A stretch of 60,999 nt of DNA, the filler included, from an uncultured bacterium (GTDB lineage: Bacteria > UBA8481), in the NCBI GenBank assembly GCA_964499705.1. It is 4 parts of 4 records of this genome, joined end to end, with 100 filler letters (N's around TTAATTAATTAA, not from the genome) between each part and the next. Parts side by side here need not be neighbours in the genome. Positions count along the whole stretch, not along the records: positions 33,978 to 48,758 come from CAZCME010000039.1; positions 48,859 to 60,999 come from CAZCME010000040.1; 2 more parts are not named here. The stretch is one strand, 5' to 3'. The position numbers and the translations under genes are program-made. Under the pieces are notes generated by a model. It saw only the letters and a list, made by a program, of their open reading frames with translations. It searched no databases and was not told the DNA's origin. Shown piece by piece: positions 43,144 through 52,482 of the stretch; position 1 is the stretch's first letter; the number at the start of each line of letters is the position of its first letter.

Positions 43144-44270
43144 AGGGACACACCGTACGACCGGGCTGTTTCGAACAACCGCTTGTCCATTTCCTGCCCC
43201 CGCTTCTTCAGATCCGCAAGTTTTTGCCCGAACATCTGGCGCACGGCCTCGTGCAGATCGGCTGGAACTTCATTCACGTCCAGCCAGTCCTTCCCGGCCC
43301 TGTCCGCGATCATCAGGATTTCGCAAGTCTTCGACATCCCGATCCTGCCGAGCGTGTGGTGCCGCACCGCTTCGACGGCATGATCGAGATCGTCGCCCTT
43401 CAGCGCGAACGCTGTGTTCTCCAGCCGCGCCGCCGCGACGCGTCCGTGCAGCAGCACCGGAAACCGCGTCTCGATCTCCAGGATCGCTTCTCCACGCTCC
43501 CGAAGAACCGACACGGATTCCTCGAACGTCATCGTCTTGTACGCGTCATGATGCCGCACGGCGACGCGGAGCACGTCCGGGGACGCGTTCCAGCGGGCCG
43601 CCAGCGTGACGGCGAAGTCCTCCACCATCCGGATGTGCTCCATCAGCAGCTCCGGAATCACCGCGGAATACCAGGCGTTCTCCTCGATCATCCGGAGCGC
43701 GGCGTCATGAACAAGATAGCGGATGCTCCGGCAGGCACGAAGCCTCGTCCGGATATCGGACGAGGAGATCTCGATGGCCGGAGCGGGGAAGCGGAGCGAA
43801 CGGAATGAAGCGTGATTTGGCGCATGGGCAGCTGAGGATGGTCTCGGATACACCGCGAAGGTGACCTTATCCCGCAGCTCGTCGGCGTTCTTCCACGTGT
43901 TCACCGTTCCAAACGCGTCCTCGCCCAGTACGTAATAAAGCTCCGCGCCGGGATGCATCGATTCCACATGGCGCACTGTTTCGATGGAATAGCACGTGGA
44001 GTCGCGCGACGCTTCGAAATCGAGCGCGCGGAACGCCGCGTGGCCTGCAATCGATTCTTCCACCATGCGGAACCGTTCCGCCGGCGACGGGCGGGGATCG
44101 TCGATGGTCTTGTGGGGAGGCTTGCCGGCGGGTATCCAGTAGACGATGTCGAGCCTGGCCGCCTCGCGCGCGCGTTCCGCGAGGATGAGGTGCCCCAGGT
44201 GAGGCGGATTGAAGAGGCCTCCGAAAAGGCCGATGCGACGCGGCATGCCGCGAACCGGCGAGTCGGTCAA
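43140..44270 (-). CDS. nadD: Nicotinate-nucleotide adenylyltransferase fused to a YqeK-like HD domain
   Basis: GGLFNPPHLGH and ISSSDIR, then H...HD...LLHG...HHT...AD. Confidence 0.88.
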   Translation of the reverse strand: MTDSPVRGMPRRIGLFGGLFNPPHLGHLILAERAREAARLDIVYWIPAGKPPHKTIDDPRPSPAERFRMVEESIAGHAAFRALDFEASRDSTCYSIETVRHVESMHPGAELYYVLGEDAFGTVNTWKNADELRDKVTFAVYPRPSSAAHAPNHASFRSLRFPAPAIEISSSDIRTRLRACRSIRYLVHDAALRMIEENAWYSAVIPELLMEHIRMVEDFAVTLAARWNASPDVLRVAVRHHDAYKTMTFEESVSVLRERGEAILEIETRFPVLLHGRVAAARLENTAFALKGDDLDHAVEAVRHHTLGRIGMSKTCEILMIADRAGKDWLDVNEVPADLHEAVRQMFGQKLADLKKRGQEMDKRLFETARSYGVSL

Positions 44271-45502
44271 ACTCTCACGTGGCCCGCGCCGCGCACGATG
44301 TATTTCGTCGTCGTCAGCTCCTCGGGGCCCATGGGGCCGCGGGCGTGGAGCTTCTGCGTCGAGATGCCGATTTCGGCTCCGAGCCCGAACTCGCCACCGT
44401 CGGTGAACCGCGTGGACGCGTTGACGTAGACGGCGGCCGAATCGACGCCGCGGGTGAAGCGTTCGGCGGAAGCGAGATCGGATGTGACGATCGCGTCGGC
44501 CAGATGCGAGCCGTATGTTTCGATGTGATCGATCGCGGCATCGACATTGTCGACGACGCGCACGGCGAGAATCTTCGCGAGATATTCGGCGCGCCAGTCC
44601 TCTTCCGCGGCCGGATGCATCGAGGGAACGATCGCGCGCGCCTCTTCATCGCCGCGCAGCTCCACGCCCTCGAGCTTCCGGGCAATGCGGGGCAGCGCGT
44701 CCTTGGCGATCGCGCGGTGCACCAGCAGTGTCTCCATGGCGTTGCAGACGCCGGGGCGCGAACATTTCGCGTTGAAGACGATCTCCTCGGCCATCGCGAT
44801 GTCGGCCGAGGCGTCGATGAAGGTGTGGCAGATGCCCGCGCCGTGATAGATGACGGGGACGCGCGATTTCTCCACGACATTCCGGATGAGGCTCTCTCCG
44901 CCCCTCGGAATGACGACATCGATGTCGTTTTCGAGCGTGAGAAGGCCGTCGACGAAGGCGCGGTCGGTCGTGTCGACGAAGAGGACGGCGTCGGCGGGGA
45001 GTCCGCACTGGCGGAGCCCGTCCTGGATGACGGATGCGATCGCCTGGGAGGAAAGGAAAGCTTCCTTTCCGCCGCGCAGGATGACCGCGTTCCCCGACTT
45101 CAGGGTCAGGCCCGCCGCGTCGGCCGTGACGTTGGGGCGCGACTCGAAGATCACCGCGATGACGCCGATCGGCACGCGGACCTTCTGGATCTGGAGCCCG
45201 TTCGGGCGCGTCCATCCCGTCACGATCGCTCCGACGGGATCGGGCAGATCGGCGATGACCCGGAGGCCGTCCGCCATCGCCGCGATCCGATTCGCGTTCA
45301 GCGTGAGCCGATCGCGGAACGCTTCGGATATGCCCGATGCCTTTTCGAGATCCAGCCGGTTCGCTTCGAGAAGCGTCTTTTCGCGCTCGACCAGGAGATC
45401 GGCGATCGTCCGAAGAGCGTCGCGCCGTTTCTGTCCCGTCGTGGTCGCGATGAGGCGTGAAGCGGCGCGCGCGCGCCGCGCAAGATCCTTCGGAGTCGTC
45501 AT
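44267..45502 (-). CDS. proA: Gamma-glutamyl phosphate reductase
   Basis: FESRPNVT, VCNAMET and NASTRFTDGGEFGLGAEIGISTQKLHARGP. Confidence 0.96.
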   Translation of the reverse strand: MTTPKDLARRARAASRLIATTTGQKRRDALRTIADLLVEREKTLLEANRLDLEKASGISEAFRDRLTLNANRIAAMADGLRVIADLPDPVGAIVTGWTRPNGLQIQKVRVPIGVIAVIFESRPNVTADAAGLTLKSGNAVILRGGKEAFLSSQAIASVIQDGLRQCGLPADAVLFVDTTDRAFVDGLLTLENDIDVVIPRGGESLIRNVVEKSRVPVIYHGAGICHTFIDASADIAMAEEIVFNAKCSRPGVCNAMETLLVHRAIAKDALPRIARKLEGVELRGDEEARAIVPSMHPAAEEDWRAEYLAKILAVRVVDNVDAAIDHIETYGSHLADAIVTSDLASAERFTRGVDSAAVYVNASTRFTDGGEFGLGAEIGISTQKLHARGPMGPEELTTTKYIVRGAGHVRV

Positions 45503-45555
45503 GGCGTCAGGCTACCACAACGCCGCATTCGCGCGCGACAGCATTTTCTCACTCT

Positions 45556-46761
45556 TCACCCTTCACGGACCACCAGGTCATTGCGGTGGATCACTTCGTC
45601 TCCGCGCGTGTAACCCAGGATCGCCTTGATCTTCGAACTGCGCTGCCCCATGACCGCCTGGATCTCGCGGTTCGAATAGGCCGCGAGCCCCTGTCCGACA
45701 CGTTGCTCCTCCTCGTCGACGACCTCCACGGCTGATCCCGCTGTGAAGACTCCCGTGACCTGTCGGATCCCACCGGGCAGGAGGCTGCCGCCCTTTTTTC
45801 GCAGTGCTTCCGCCGCGCCGTGATCGACGATGATGCGGCCGCGCGGCTGGAGGTGATCCGCGATCCAGCGTTTTCGAGCCTCGAGTTTTTTTCCGGAAGG
45901 CAGGAAGATCGTTCCGACGTCCTCGCCGTTCAGGATCCTGTCGATGATCTCCGGGCGACGTCCGTCGGCAATGACCGTGATGCGTCCCGCCCGCGACATC
46001 CTCTCCGCCGTCTTCAGCTTCGTCACCATCCCGCCCGTAGATGTCTCGCCGCCCGCTCCTCCGGCAAGTTCGTAAATGCCTTCATGCACCGACGGAACGA
46101 CCGGAATCCTGCGGGGAGAAGCTTCCCGGGAATAGAGCCCTTCGACGTCGGTCAGGAGAATGAGGAAATCGGCGTCGATCAGGTCGGCGACGAGTCCGGA
46201 GAGCGTGTCGTTGTCGCCGAATTTCAGCTCGTCGTCGGAGACGACATCGTTCTCGTTCACGATCGGAACGATGCCCTTCTGCAGAAGGTGTTCCATCACG
46301 CGGCGGATATTCTGATGTTTTTTCCTGTCCGAGATGTCGGAGCGTGTCAGGAGAATCTGGGCCGTGTTGACCTTGCGCCGCTGGAAGGAGAGCTCGTAGC
46401 CGTGCATGAGGAGCGACTGTCCCACGGCCGCGCAGGCCTGCTTTTCGACCATCAGCGTCGGGCGCTTCTTCAAGTCAAGCCGCCCCATTCCGGCTCCCAC
46501 GGCCCCGGAGGTCACGAGTATGACGGCGGCTCCGCGGTCGCGACCCGCCATGACGTGTCCCGCGATACGGTCGACCGCGATACGGTCGAGACCGTTAGAG
46601 GCGTCCGACAGGAGTCGTGTGCCGACCTTGATGACCATCCGTTCGACGGGACCGAACGCGCGCCTGTTCTCCGCATCGTTTCCTGCGGAACCGGTGCTTC
46701 CCGTCTCCGCGCCGCGGAGGGGAAATCTGTCGCCGGGTTGTCTTGGAGGCAAAGGATTCAT
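45556..46761 (-). CDS. proB: Glutamate 5-kinase with PUA domain
   Basis: VIKVGT, TSGA, NEND, FGDNDTL, TGGMVTK and SLLPGG. ATGA overlap with obgE. Confidence 0.95.
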   Translation of the reverse strand: MNPLPPRQPGDRFPLRGAETGSTGSAGNDAENRRAFGPVERMVIKVGTRLLSDASNGLDRIAVDRIAGHVMAGRDRGAAVILVTSGAVGAGMGRLDLKKRPTLMVEKQACAAVGQSLLMHGYELSFQRRKVNTAQILLTRSDISDRKKHQNIRRVMEHLLQKGIVPIVNENDVVSDDELKFGDNDTLSGLVADLIDADFLILLTDVEGLYSREASPRRIPVVPSVHEGIYELAGGAGGETSTGGMVTKLKTAERMSRAGRITVIADGRRPEIIDRILNGEDVGTIFLPSGKKLEARKRWIADHLQPRGRIIVDHGAAEALRKKGGSLLPGGIRQVTGVFTAGSAVEVVDEEEQRVGQGLAAYSNREIQAVMGQRSSKIKAILGYTRGDEVIHRNDLVVREG

Positions 46762-47999
46762 TCGTCGCTCATGTATTCCAGTTCCTGATCGCCGACCCTC
46801 ACCGTGTCGCGATCCTTGACTCCCAGTCGCTTCAATTCGTCCGCCACGCCCCAGCGCATCAGGGTTTTCCAGAATCGCCGCCACCCCGCGTAATCGTCCG
46901 GCGCGCGCCGATCAAGATACCGGTCAACGGCATCGCCTTCCACAATAAAGACGTCGCCGTCTCTCCGGACCGTGACCGGAAGTTCCTCGTCTGCGACCAG
47001 GTGCTCGCCGCGCAGCGGTTCCACCGGAGGAATCGCGGCGAGAATTTTCGCGATGTGACGGACAAGGTCCTTCAATCCCTCGCCGGAATGCGCGGAGATG
47101 CGGAACTCCTCGGCGGCGGAGGTGCACTTCTTTGTGGAGCGTTTCGAGGGCAGGGCGTCCGTCTTCGTGAGGACGACAACGGCGTGTTTCTCCGCCAGCC
47201 CATGGCCGTACGCTTCGAGTTCCTCCCGGATGGTGAGATAATCCTCCTCGGGATTCTCAGACGTTGCATCGACGAGATGAAGGATGATGCGCGTGCGCTC
47301 CACATGTTTCAGGAATCGGATGCCCAGCCCGCGACCCTTGTGCGCGTCGCGGATGAGCCCGGGAAGATCGGCCATGACGAAGGATCCGCTCTCGTGCTCC
47401 ACGATGCCGGGCTGAGGTTCCACCGTCGTGAAGGGATAATCCGCGATCTTGGGGCGCGCCGCGGAGAGGCGCGACAGGAGCGTCGACTTTCCCGCGTTCG
47501 GAAGACCGACCAGGCCGACATCGGCCATAAGCCTGATCTCCAGGCGGATGGAAATCCGCCGGCTCTTTTCGCCCATCTCCCGATATCGGGGCGAACGGTT
47601 CGTGGATGTGGCGAAGGCCTGGTTGCCGCGGCCTCCGCGTCCGCCTTCCGCCACCATGAACCTGTCTCCATCGGAGACGAGATCGGCGATGACGGACCCG
47701 TCCTCCGCGCGGCGAATCACGGTCCCGGGAGGAACCTTCACGACGAGATCGTCGCCGGTCTTCCCGGTGCAGTTGGCGGTCCGGCCCTTCTCGCCGGGAG
47801 AGGCCTTCAGGAGTTTCTTGCCGCGAAGGAGAGCGAGCGACGTCATGCCGGAAAAGGCGAGGAAGATGACGGAACCGCCCTTGCCGCCATTGCCGCCGTT
47901 GGGGCCGCCGAACTCGACGCACTTTTCATGGCGAAAGGAAATGGCCCCGTCCCCGCCTCGTCCCGACTGGACGACGAGTTCTATTTCATCGATCCACAT
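46758..47999 (-). CDS. obgE: GTPase Obg
   Basis: Gly-rich Obg domain, GLPNAGKS, YPFTT, DLPG and a C-terminal OCT domain. Confidence 0.96.
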   Translation of the reverse strand: MWIDEIELVVQSGRGGDGAISFRHEKCVEFGGPNGGNGGKGGSVIFLAFSGMTSLALLRGKKLLKASPGEKGRTANCTGKTGDDLVVKVPPGTVIRRAEDGSVIADLVSDGDRFMVAEGGRGGRGNQAFATSTNRSPRYREMGEKSRRISIRLEIRLMADVGLVGLPNAGKSTLLSRLSAARPKIADYPFTTVEPQPGIVEHESGSFVMADLPGLIRDAHKGRGLGIRFLKHVERTRIILHLVDATSENPEEDYLTIREELEAYGHGLAEKHAVVVLTKTDALPSKRSTKKCTSAAEEFRISAHSGEGLKDLVRHIAKILAAIPPVEPLRGEHLVADEELPVTVRRDGDVFIVEGDAVDRYLDRRAPDDYAGWRRFWKTLMRWGVADELKRLGVKDRDTVRVGDQELEYMSDE

Positions 48000-48068
48000 G
48001 TTCGAGCCTTGTAGTGCGGGATGCGCGCGCGCTCGAAGGAAAACGAGCGGAAAGAAGCGGGCGGAGGA

Positions 48069-48320
48069 TTAAGCGGCGTATACGGAGACGACGTCGCGTC
48101 CGCTGCGGCGCTCGTGCTTGACGATGCCGTCGCGAATGGCGAAGAGCGTATGATCCTTGGCGCAACCGACGCCCGGACCGGGATGAAGGCGCGTGCCGCG
48201 CTGGCGGATGAGTATCGAGCCCGCGGAGATGCGCTGGCCTCCAAAGACTTTGTAACCCAGCCGCTGCGAGTTCGAATCGCGACCGTTCTTGGATGAGCCG
48301 ACTCCCTTTTTATGTGCCAT
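48069..48320 (-). CDS. rpmA: 50S ribosomal protein L27 (short form)
   Basis: [16 protein letters not shown]...RQRGT with a GGAGG RBS. Confidence 0.96.
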   Translation of the reverse strand: MAHKKGVGSSKNGRDSNSQRLGYKVFGGQRISAGSILIRQRGTRLHPGPGVGCAKDHTLFAIRDGIVKHERRSGRDVVSVYAA

Positions 48321-48348
48321 GACCTGAATCCTCCAATTGAAGGCCGAT

Positions 48349-48377
48349 AGTATAAAAAACTTCGGGAAAGGGATCAA
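48349..48377 (-). promoter_or_regulatory. Internal sigma-70 promoter for rpmA-obgE
   Basis: TTGATC-17-TATACT on the minus strand, 28 nt upstream of the rpmA ATG. Confidence 0.55.
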
Positions 48378-48402
48378 GGAAAAAAACGATCGAATCGGCG
48401 AA

Positions 48403-48699
48403 TTACCGGATGGAAACCATGGACCCGTTCTGTTGCTCAATGAGCTTTAAGGATTCCTGGATGGTCTTGATCAGGATTTCGCCGGAAGGACCGAGCAGAT
48501 CGGGGTCCCAGGCGGCTTCCAGGGAGCCCGGCTGGAGCGAATTCTTGCGGACGGGGATGCCGATGACGTCGTTCAGACCGAGGACAAGTGCCTGGGCCAG
48601 GGCGGAAACCGCGGCGCAGACAACATCCTGACCCTTGGCGGCGGCGCCCGCGTGACCTGTGACCGAGAGCCGGTCGCGGGTCAGCGTGACGAGGATCAA
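48403..48699 (-). CDS. prp: Ribosomal-processing cysteine protease
   Basis: GHA...[10 protein letters not shown] motifs and its position between rplU and rpmA. Confidence 0.9.
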   Translation of the reverse strand: MILVTLTRDRLSVTGHAGAAAKGQDVVCAAVSALAQALVLGLNDVIGIPVRKNSLQPGSLEAAWDPDLLGPSGEILIKTIQESLKLIEQQNGSMVSIR

Positions 48700-48758
48700 T
48701 GCGTGATGCTGTCGATTCGGATGCGGGAGATTTCCTGGCGGTGGCCGCGCTTGCGGCG
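48696..48758 (-). CDS. rplU: 50S ribosomal protein L21, C-terminal fragment
   Basis: [20 protein letters not shown] at the contig edge. Confidence 0.85.
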   Translation of the reverse strand, partial: RRKRGHRQEISRIRIDSITH

Positions 48759-48858
48759 NNNNNNNNNNNNNNNNNNNNNNNNNNNNNNNNNNNNNNNNNN
48801 NNTTAATTAATTAANNNNNNNNNNNNNNNNNNNNNNNNNNNNNNNNNNNNNNNNNNNN
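48759..48858. other. Artificial contig-join linker
   Basis: N run with TTAATTAATTAA. Confidence 0.97.
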
Positions 48859-48899
48859 ACAACTTGGCCTTTTTTTTTTTTGCTCGGGCGGCCGCACTC

Positions 48900-49163
48900 T
48901 TACCCCGCCCCCCGCTCGGCCGTATCCGATTCCAGGGAGAATGCGTCCGCGTAGTATGCCTCCAGATAACCCGACTCGGGAGTCTTCTCTTCAAACACAA
49001 AGCCGCACTTCATGCAGAGCGCATCATGCATCCGCATTTCAAAGCGCGCGTGGCGCGCCGACTCACAAGTAGTACGCACACCAAGCGACCTCGGAGCCCC
49101 TCCGCAGATGTCGCACACCTTGGGGGTCCACCGGGATCGACGAAGCGGGCGAGTTTCGCTCAT
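48900..49163 (-). CDS. Zinc-ribbon N-terminus of a probable SAM methyltransferase (truncated near contig end)
   Basis: CDICG...CMKCGFVF...P....L..YY pattern. Sequence near the edge looks low quality. Confidence 0.5.
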   Translation of the reverse strand: MSETRPLRRSRWTPKVCDICGGAPRSLGVRTTCESARHARFEMRMHDALCMKCGFVFEEKTPESGYLEAYYADAFSLESDTAERGAG

Positions 49164-49407
49164 GAATTATCTGAACGAAGCTCATCGACCATCGGGGCAT
49201 CTTCGGCCTTTGCTGCAACATGCGATAATCCCGATCCGGCCGGCGCGCAACGGTTGAAATTTCTGAGCCTTGATTTCATGAAATTCATCGAACCCGGGAC
49301 ATTATAGCCCACCGGGATTAAACGGTCGATAGGATGCGACTTTCGTCGGCGGATGCGGGAGAAATAATGTGTTTGCCTCGACTATGGGGCATGATAATTT
49401 GCTGACC

Positions 49408-49755
49408 ATGGACGATCTCGATATCCCTCAGATTCCCAATTGCGCGTTTCATCCCGAGCGGGACTCCGTCGATCGCTGCTCAAAATGCGGCCGGTGGATC
49501 TGCTCCGATTGCGTCATCCTCTTCGAAGGCACCGATCTCTGCAAGGAATGCATGGTTCAGCACCGCAAGGATCTGACCTCGCAGCTATCCAAAATGAGCG
49601 AGGAGCTGGAATTATGGAAGGGACGTTTGAAATCGCTGACGACGACGGAATCCCTGCAGTTTCCGAATCGGGAAAGCGAGATTCGGGAAAAGATCGAGGA
49701 ATTCACGCGACGCCTGGATCGATCGCGGGAAATCCTCGGAAAGATCATGGCGTGA
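49408..49755 (+). CDS. B-box-type zinc finger plus coiled-coil protein
   Basis: CAFHP.....CSKCGRWICSDC........CKEC followed by a heptad-like helix. Confidence 0.7.
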   Translation: MDDLDIPQIPNCAFHPERDSVDRCSKCGRWICSDCVILFEGTDLCKECMVQHRKDLTSQLSKMSEELELWKGRLKSLTTTESLQFPNRESEIREKIEEFTRRLDRSREILGKIMA

Positions 49756-49761
49756 AGCCGG

Positions 49762-51138
49762 TCAGCCGGTTCCGTAATACCTCGGAATAACAATCCCCAG
49801 CAGCGTCCAGACCTGCAGCATTATCGGAGGCAGCACCAACCACCGGCCCGCCGCGTCACGCTTCGATTCGGGCACAAGCGCGTAGTAGCCGATAAGCACC
49901 CACGCCATCATCGCCGGCGCGACATGCAGAAAATAGCGGCCGGACAGGGGGATGAGGAATCCGGTCTCGCATGCGCTCTTCAGGACTCCGCCTATGATCA
50001 CCGCGAAATGCATCGCCGTGAACGCGAGAAAATACGCAAGCGGTGCGCGCCAGCGGGGAACTATTTTCGCCGCGCGGATGGTCAGGGTCATGCCGATGGC
50101 GCAGAGTAGAAAAAGCGCGGTGTCCATCGCGATGGGGTATCTGGTATCGAGCCAGCCGAATCGGGACCACATCTGGGCGAACAACGCCTGCGGGGAGGTT
50201 TTCGCGAGCAGAAGCCGCGCGGCATCGGCAAGGCCCATGGTTCCGTTCGCTTTATAGAGCCAGGGATTGAGAGAACCATAGGTGTAAATCGTGTATCCAA
50301 TCCACCATCCCGCGACGAGGAATGCTCCCAGGCCGAAAACAGCCATGGTGCCGATCGCTCCGCGAAATCCGCTTTTTCCGACACCGGCGAGGCATGCCAC
50401 GCATGCCAGCATGCCGACACAGGCAAAGCCATGCTGCTTCGTCAGAATCGTCACGCCGGCGGCCAGTCCCGCCATGAGGGCCGGCCATCCGACAGGTCGC
50501 TCCGCATGAAGCAGCCGCCAACCGGCAATCATGGCGAGAGCGAACAGCGCCGTGCAGGCTCCATCGGGCGAGACATATCCGTTCATCGCGGTCACCTGCG
50601 GCTGGAGCACCGTTGCGGCTGTCGCCAACCGCCGAAGAGAATCATCCTCGGGAAAAACCAGCGCGAAAAGCCATGCCGTCGCCGCACCGAAGAGAAATGC
50701 CCAGACGGACGTGGCCAGCCGCGACAGCCGGAAGCGCACCAGGGGATCCAGGGATGAAGCCGCTCGATCGATGAGAGCGACGGGGATGTAGACCGTCGGA
50801 GGATAGAACGAGACACTGTTGCCGGTATCTTCGACGCGAACGCTTTCCGCGCCGACCAGCTCTTTCAACCGGCGCGCCTCGTTCCCGTTTCTCAACCACG
50901 TCGTCTTCTCCTCCGGCGAGAATCTGATCCGCTCGAAGGAAAGAATCTGCATACATTCGATCTGATCGGACCAGAATGCGAAGTTCTCCCGGAAGCGGGG
51001 TAATTCTCCAGTCCGCGCCATGTAGACTCCATAGCCAAAATGCGACGGCTCATCGGGTCCCTGCCACGGCGGCGTCACGATTCCCCAGAGGATCGCCAGC
51101 ATAAATGAGACGGCTCCCCACGCCAGCGCGGATCGCAT
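49762..51138 (-). CDS. GT-C superfamily membrane glycosyltransferase (DUF2142/ArnT-like)
   Basis: PPWQGPDEPSH, YPP, RFGWL and GRY, with multiple TM helices. Confidence 0.75.
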   Translation of the reverse strand: MRSALAWGAVSFMLAILWGIVTPPWQGPDEPSHFGYGVYMARTGELPRFRENFAFWSDQIECMQILSFERIRFSPEEKTTWLRNGNEARRLKELVGAESVRVEDTGNSVSFYPPTVYIPVALIDRAASSLDPLVRFRLSRLATSVWAFLFGAATAWLFALVFPEDDSLRRLATAATVLQPQVTAMNGYVSPDGACTALFALAMIAGWRLLHAERPVGWPALMAGLAAGVTILTKQHGFACVGMLACVACLAGVGKSGFRGAIGTMAVFGLGAFLVAGWWIGYTIYTYGSLNPWLYKANGTMGLADAARLLLAKTSPQALFAQMWSRFGWLDTRYPIAMDTALFLLCAIGMTLTIRAAKIVPRWRAPLAYFLAFTAMHFAVIIGGVLKSACETGFLIPLSGRYFLHVAPAMMAWVLIGYYALVPESKRDAAGRWLVLPPIMLQVWTLLGIVIPRYYGTG

Positions 51139-52472
51139 TACTTGATACCGAATCGCTTCATCTTCTTATACAGGTGGCTTCGTTCCAGCCCGAGGACGCG
51201 AGCCGCCGCGGACACATTGCCGGCGGCGTTCTGAAGCGCCTCTCTGATCAATCGTTCCTCCTCGCCGGCCAGGGAGGCGCTCAATCTCTCATTGCGCTCC
51301 TGTTCCGGGCGCGCCGAAGGCAGGGATGCGGACACCTCATCCCGCCCGATCACATCTCCATCTTGCGTCACGGCGACACGCTCGATGACATTGCGGAGTT
51401 CACGGATGTTTCCGGGCCAGGCATATCGCTCCAGGGCGAGACAAGCGTCGGGCGAGAGCGTCATGTTCGGGTGGCCGAGCTTCCGGCGCATTTCCTCGAG
51501 AAAGCGATGTGCCAGAGGAGCAATGTCGGACCGGCGGTCCCTCAGTGGAGGAAGCCTGATTTCGAGAATGGCGAGGCGATAAAACAGGTCGGAGCGGAAA
51601 CGAGCCTGCTGTTGCGCGACGGCGAGATCACGGTTGGTGGCGGCCACGACCCGAACATCAGCTCGAAGTGTCCGTTCCGAGCCGACAGGCTCGAATTCGC
51701 CTTCTCCCAGAGCGCGCAGCAGCTTGGCCTGGATGGCCGCGTTCAATTCGCCGACTTCATCGAGAAAAAGAGTTCCGCCGTGCGCAAGCTGAAACCGGCC
51801 CTTGCGGTCCCGCGTGGCCCCGGTGAACGCGCCGCGAACATGCCCGAAGAGTTCGCTCTCGGCGAGAGCATCCGGCAGGGCGGCGCAATTGAGCTTGATG
51901 AACGGACCATCCCCGCGGTGAGAAAGTTGGTGCAGACGGTGCGCGATGACCTCCTTGCCGGTGCCTGTTTCGCCGGTCAGGAGAACAGTCGAACCGGACA
52001 ACGCGATCCGCGGCAGTGACTCCATGACGCGTCGCATCGGATCACTCTCCACAACCATCCCGTCCCTGACTTGTTCGGCGCGGTGAAATTCCACCTGCGA
52101 CTTCAACTGCTGGAACTCGATCGCGTTCTTCAACGAAAGCAACAGTCGCTCGTCATCGACGGGCTTCTCGATGAAATCGTGAGCTCCAAGCTTCACGGCC
52201 TCCACGGCGCGGGCGATGGTCCCTCGTCCGGACACGATAAGGACCGGCACCGTGTCTCCCCTTTCACGAAGCCGGCGCAGGGTCTCGATGCCGTCGAGAC
52301 GAGGCATGTCGAGATCGAGAAGCATCGCGTCGAATCCGCCTCTCTCCAAAATCGTCAGCGCCTCCAGCCCATCGCCGCATCCTTCGATGTCATACCCTTC
52401 GAGTCGAAGCAAGCGACCGAGCGCGTCCACGATGCGGGATTCATCATCGACGATGAGCAGTCTGCTTTTCAT
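51138..52472 (-). CDS. Sigma-54-dependent response regulator (REC-AAA+-HTH, NtrC family)
   Basis: VDDE, DLDMP, GETGTGKE, ESELFGH..GAFTGA, LDEVGE, WPGNIREL and a Fis-type HTH. Confidence 0.95.
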   Translation of the reverse strand: MKSRLLIVDDESRIVDALGRLLRLEGYDIEGCGDGLEALTILERGGFDAMLLDLDMPRLDGIETLRRLRERGDTVPVLIVSGRGTIARAVEAVKLGAHDFIEKPVDDERLLLSLKNAIEFQQLKSQVEFHRAEQVRDGMVVESDPMRRVMESLPRIALSGSTVLLTGETGTGKEVIAHRLHQLSHRGDGPFIKLNCAALPDALAESELFGHVRGAFTGATRDRKGRFQLAHGGTLFLDEVGELNAAIQAKLLRALGEGEFEPVGSERTLRADVRVVAATNRDLAVAQQQARFRSDLFYRLAILEIRLPPLRDRRSDIAPLAHRFLEEMRRKLGHPNMTLSPDACLALERYAWPGNIRELRNVIERVAVTQDGDVIGRDEVSASLPSARPEQERNERLSASLAGEEERLIREALQNAAGNVSAAARVLGLERSHLYKKMKRFGIK

Positions 52473-52482
52473 GCGAATTCGT

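Noticed and set aside
48859-48905. Poly-T tract and early stop suggesting a phase-variable or pseudogenised methyltransferase
   Set aside because: It lies at a contig end where base quality is doubtful.
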